This document shows, one piece after another, positions 23,834 to 24,000 of a stretch of DNA of 24,000 bases. The notes below the pieces were generated by a model. The model was not told the DNA's origin. It ran no database searches and saw nothing but the letters and a program-made list of their open reading frames with translations. The DNA comes from an uncultured Gammaproteobacteria bacterium. Its GTDB lineage: Bacteria > Pseudomonadota > Gammaproteobacteria > DSM-19610. A program made the position numbers and the translations under genes. Location of the stretch: positions 116,686 through 140,685 of the forward strand of contig CAVRAZ010000006.1 of the NCBI GenBank assembly GCA_963719135.1, in the 5' to 3' direction. Numbering within the stretch: the first letter of the stretch is position 1; every line of letters begins with the position of its first letter.

Positions 23834-24000
23834 TCAAAGACTCGCCGACTTGAACTGGGAAGGGTTAAGGTGATGCTTATGCAGCAATTTATAGAACTCG
23901 GTACGATTCCGCTTGGCGATGCGCGCGGCCTGGCTGACATTGCCGTTGGTGATCTGCAGCAACTGGGTCAGGTAATCGCGTTCGAAGCGGCTGCGGGCGT
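23834..24000 (-). CDS. sigma-54-dependent Fis-family transcriptional activator, C-terminal 54 codons only (GlrR/QseF-like)
   Basis: Absent from the ORF track because it is truncated. The minus strand gives ARSRFERDYLTQLLQITNGNVSQAARIAKRNRTEFYKLLHKHHLNPSQFKSASL with its stop at 23836-23834. This is the Fis-type HTH_8 tail of bacterial enhancer-binding proteins. The RNRTEFYKLL string matches my recollection of E. coli GlrR/YfhA. Confidence 0.8.
   Translation of the reverse strand, partial: ARSRFERDYLTQLLQITNGNVSQAARIAKRNRTEFYKLLHKHHLNPSQFKSASL

Noticed and set aside
23436-23940. ORFs 23436..23666(-), 23455..23670(+), 23677..23940(-) and 23298..23624(+), and a 49-codon minus-strand ATG frame from ~23440 that reads through the terminator.
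   Set aside because: They are Arg/Ser-rich nonsense with no SD. One starts upstream of the sigma-54 promoter and spans it, and another traverses the terminator hairpin. The true CDS in 23834-24000 is in a different frame (the activator tail).

Overview
Visibly GC-rich window (roughly two-thirds G+C by eye, not computed). It looks like core chromosome of a gammaproteobacterial sulfur-oxidising chemolithotroph; the organism guess is inference. Gene order, left to right:
- Minus-strand operon of a LysR regulator, a 125-aa unknown protein and a PerM/AI-2E permease (truncated at the left edge).
- An exported DUF302-like protein and two divergent FadL-family outer-membrane channels.
- An MprF-type aminoacyl-phosphatidylglycerol synthase/flippase.
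- A stand-alone tusA with its own terminator.
- The BepA/YfgC M48-TPR protease.
- A truncated thiosulfate-oxidation cluster soxX-soxY-soxZ-soxA-(terminator)-soxB, with no soxCD.
- A long minus-strand block in Pseudomonas-like synteny: sigma-54 activator (3' end only), ybgC-tolQ-tolR-tolA-tolB-pal-cpoB, queE-queC, a decayed YeeE/YedE-like pseudogene and tRNA-Lys(UUU).

Most of the window is ordinary housekeeping DNA. The features not explained by the genes are all intergenic:
1. A complete sigma-54 module (enhancer-like dyads, IHF-like site, near-consensus -24/-12 promoter) that drives a structured ~290-nt ORF-less transcript. This transcript carries an anti-Shine-Dalgarno stretch and a canonical terminator, and lies between a GlrR/QseF-like activator gene and ybgC.
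2. An orphan strong minus-strand terminator between bepA and tusA, implying an unannotated small transcript.
3. A near-consensus sigma-70 promoter followed by a ~300-nt sox leader that contains a 180-bp MITE-like imperfect palindrome.
4. A ~30-45-nt motif present three times in the same orientation.
5. The multiply disrupted YeeE/YedE gene next to tRNA-Lys.

No CRISPR array, transposase, integrase or rRNA was seen. The many long ORFs antisense to real genes are GC-driven artefacts.
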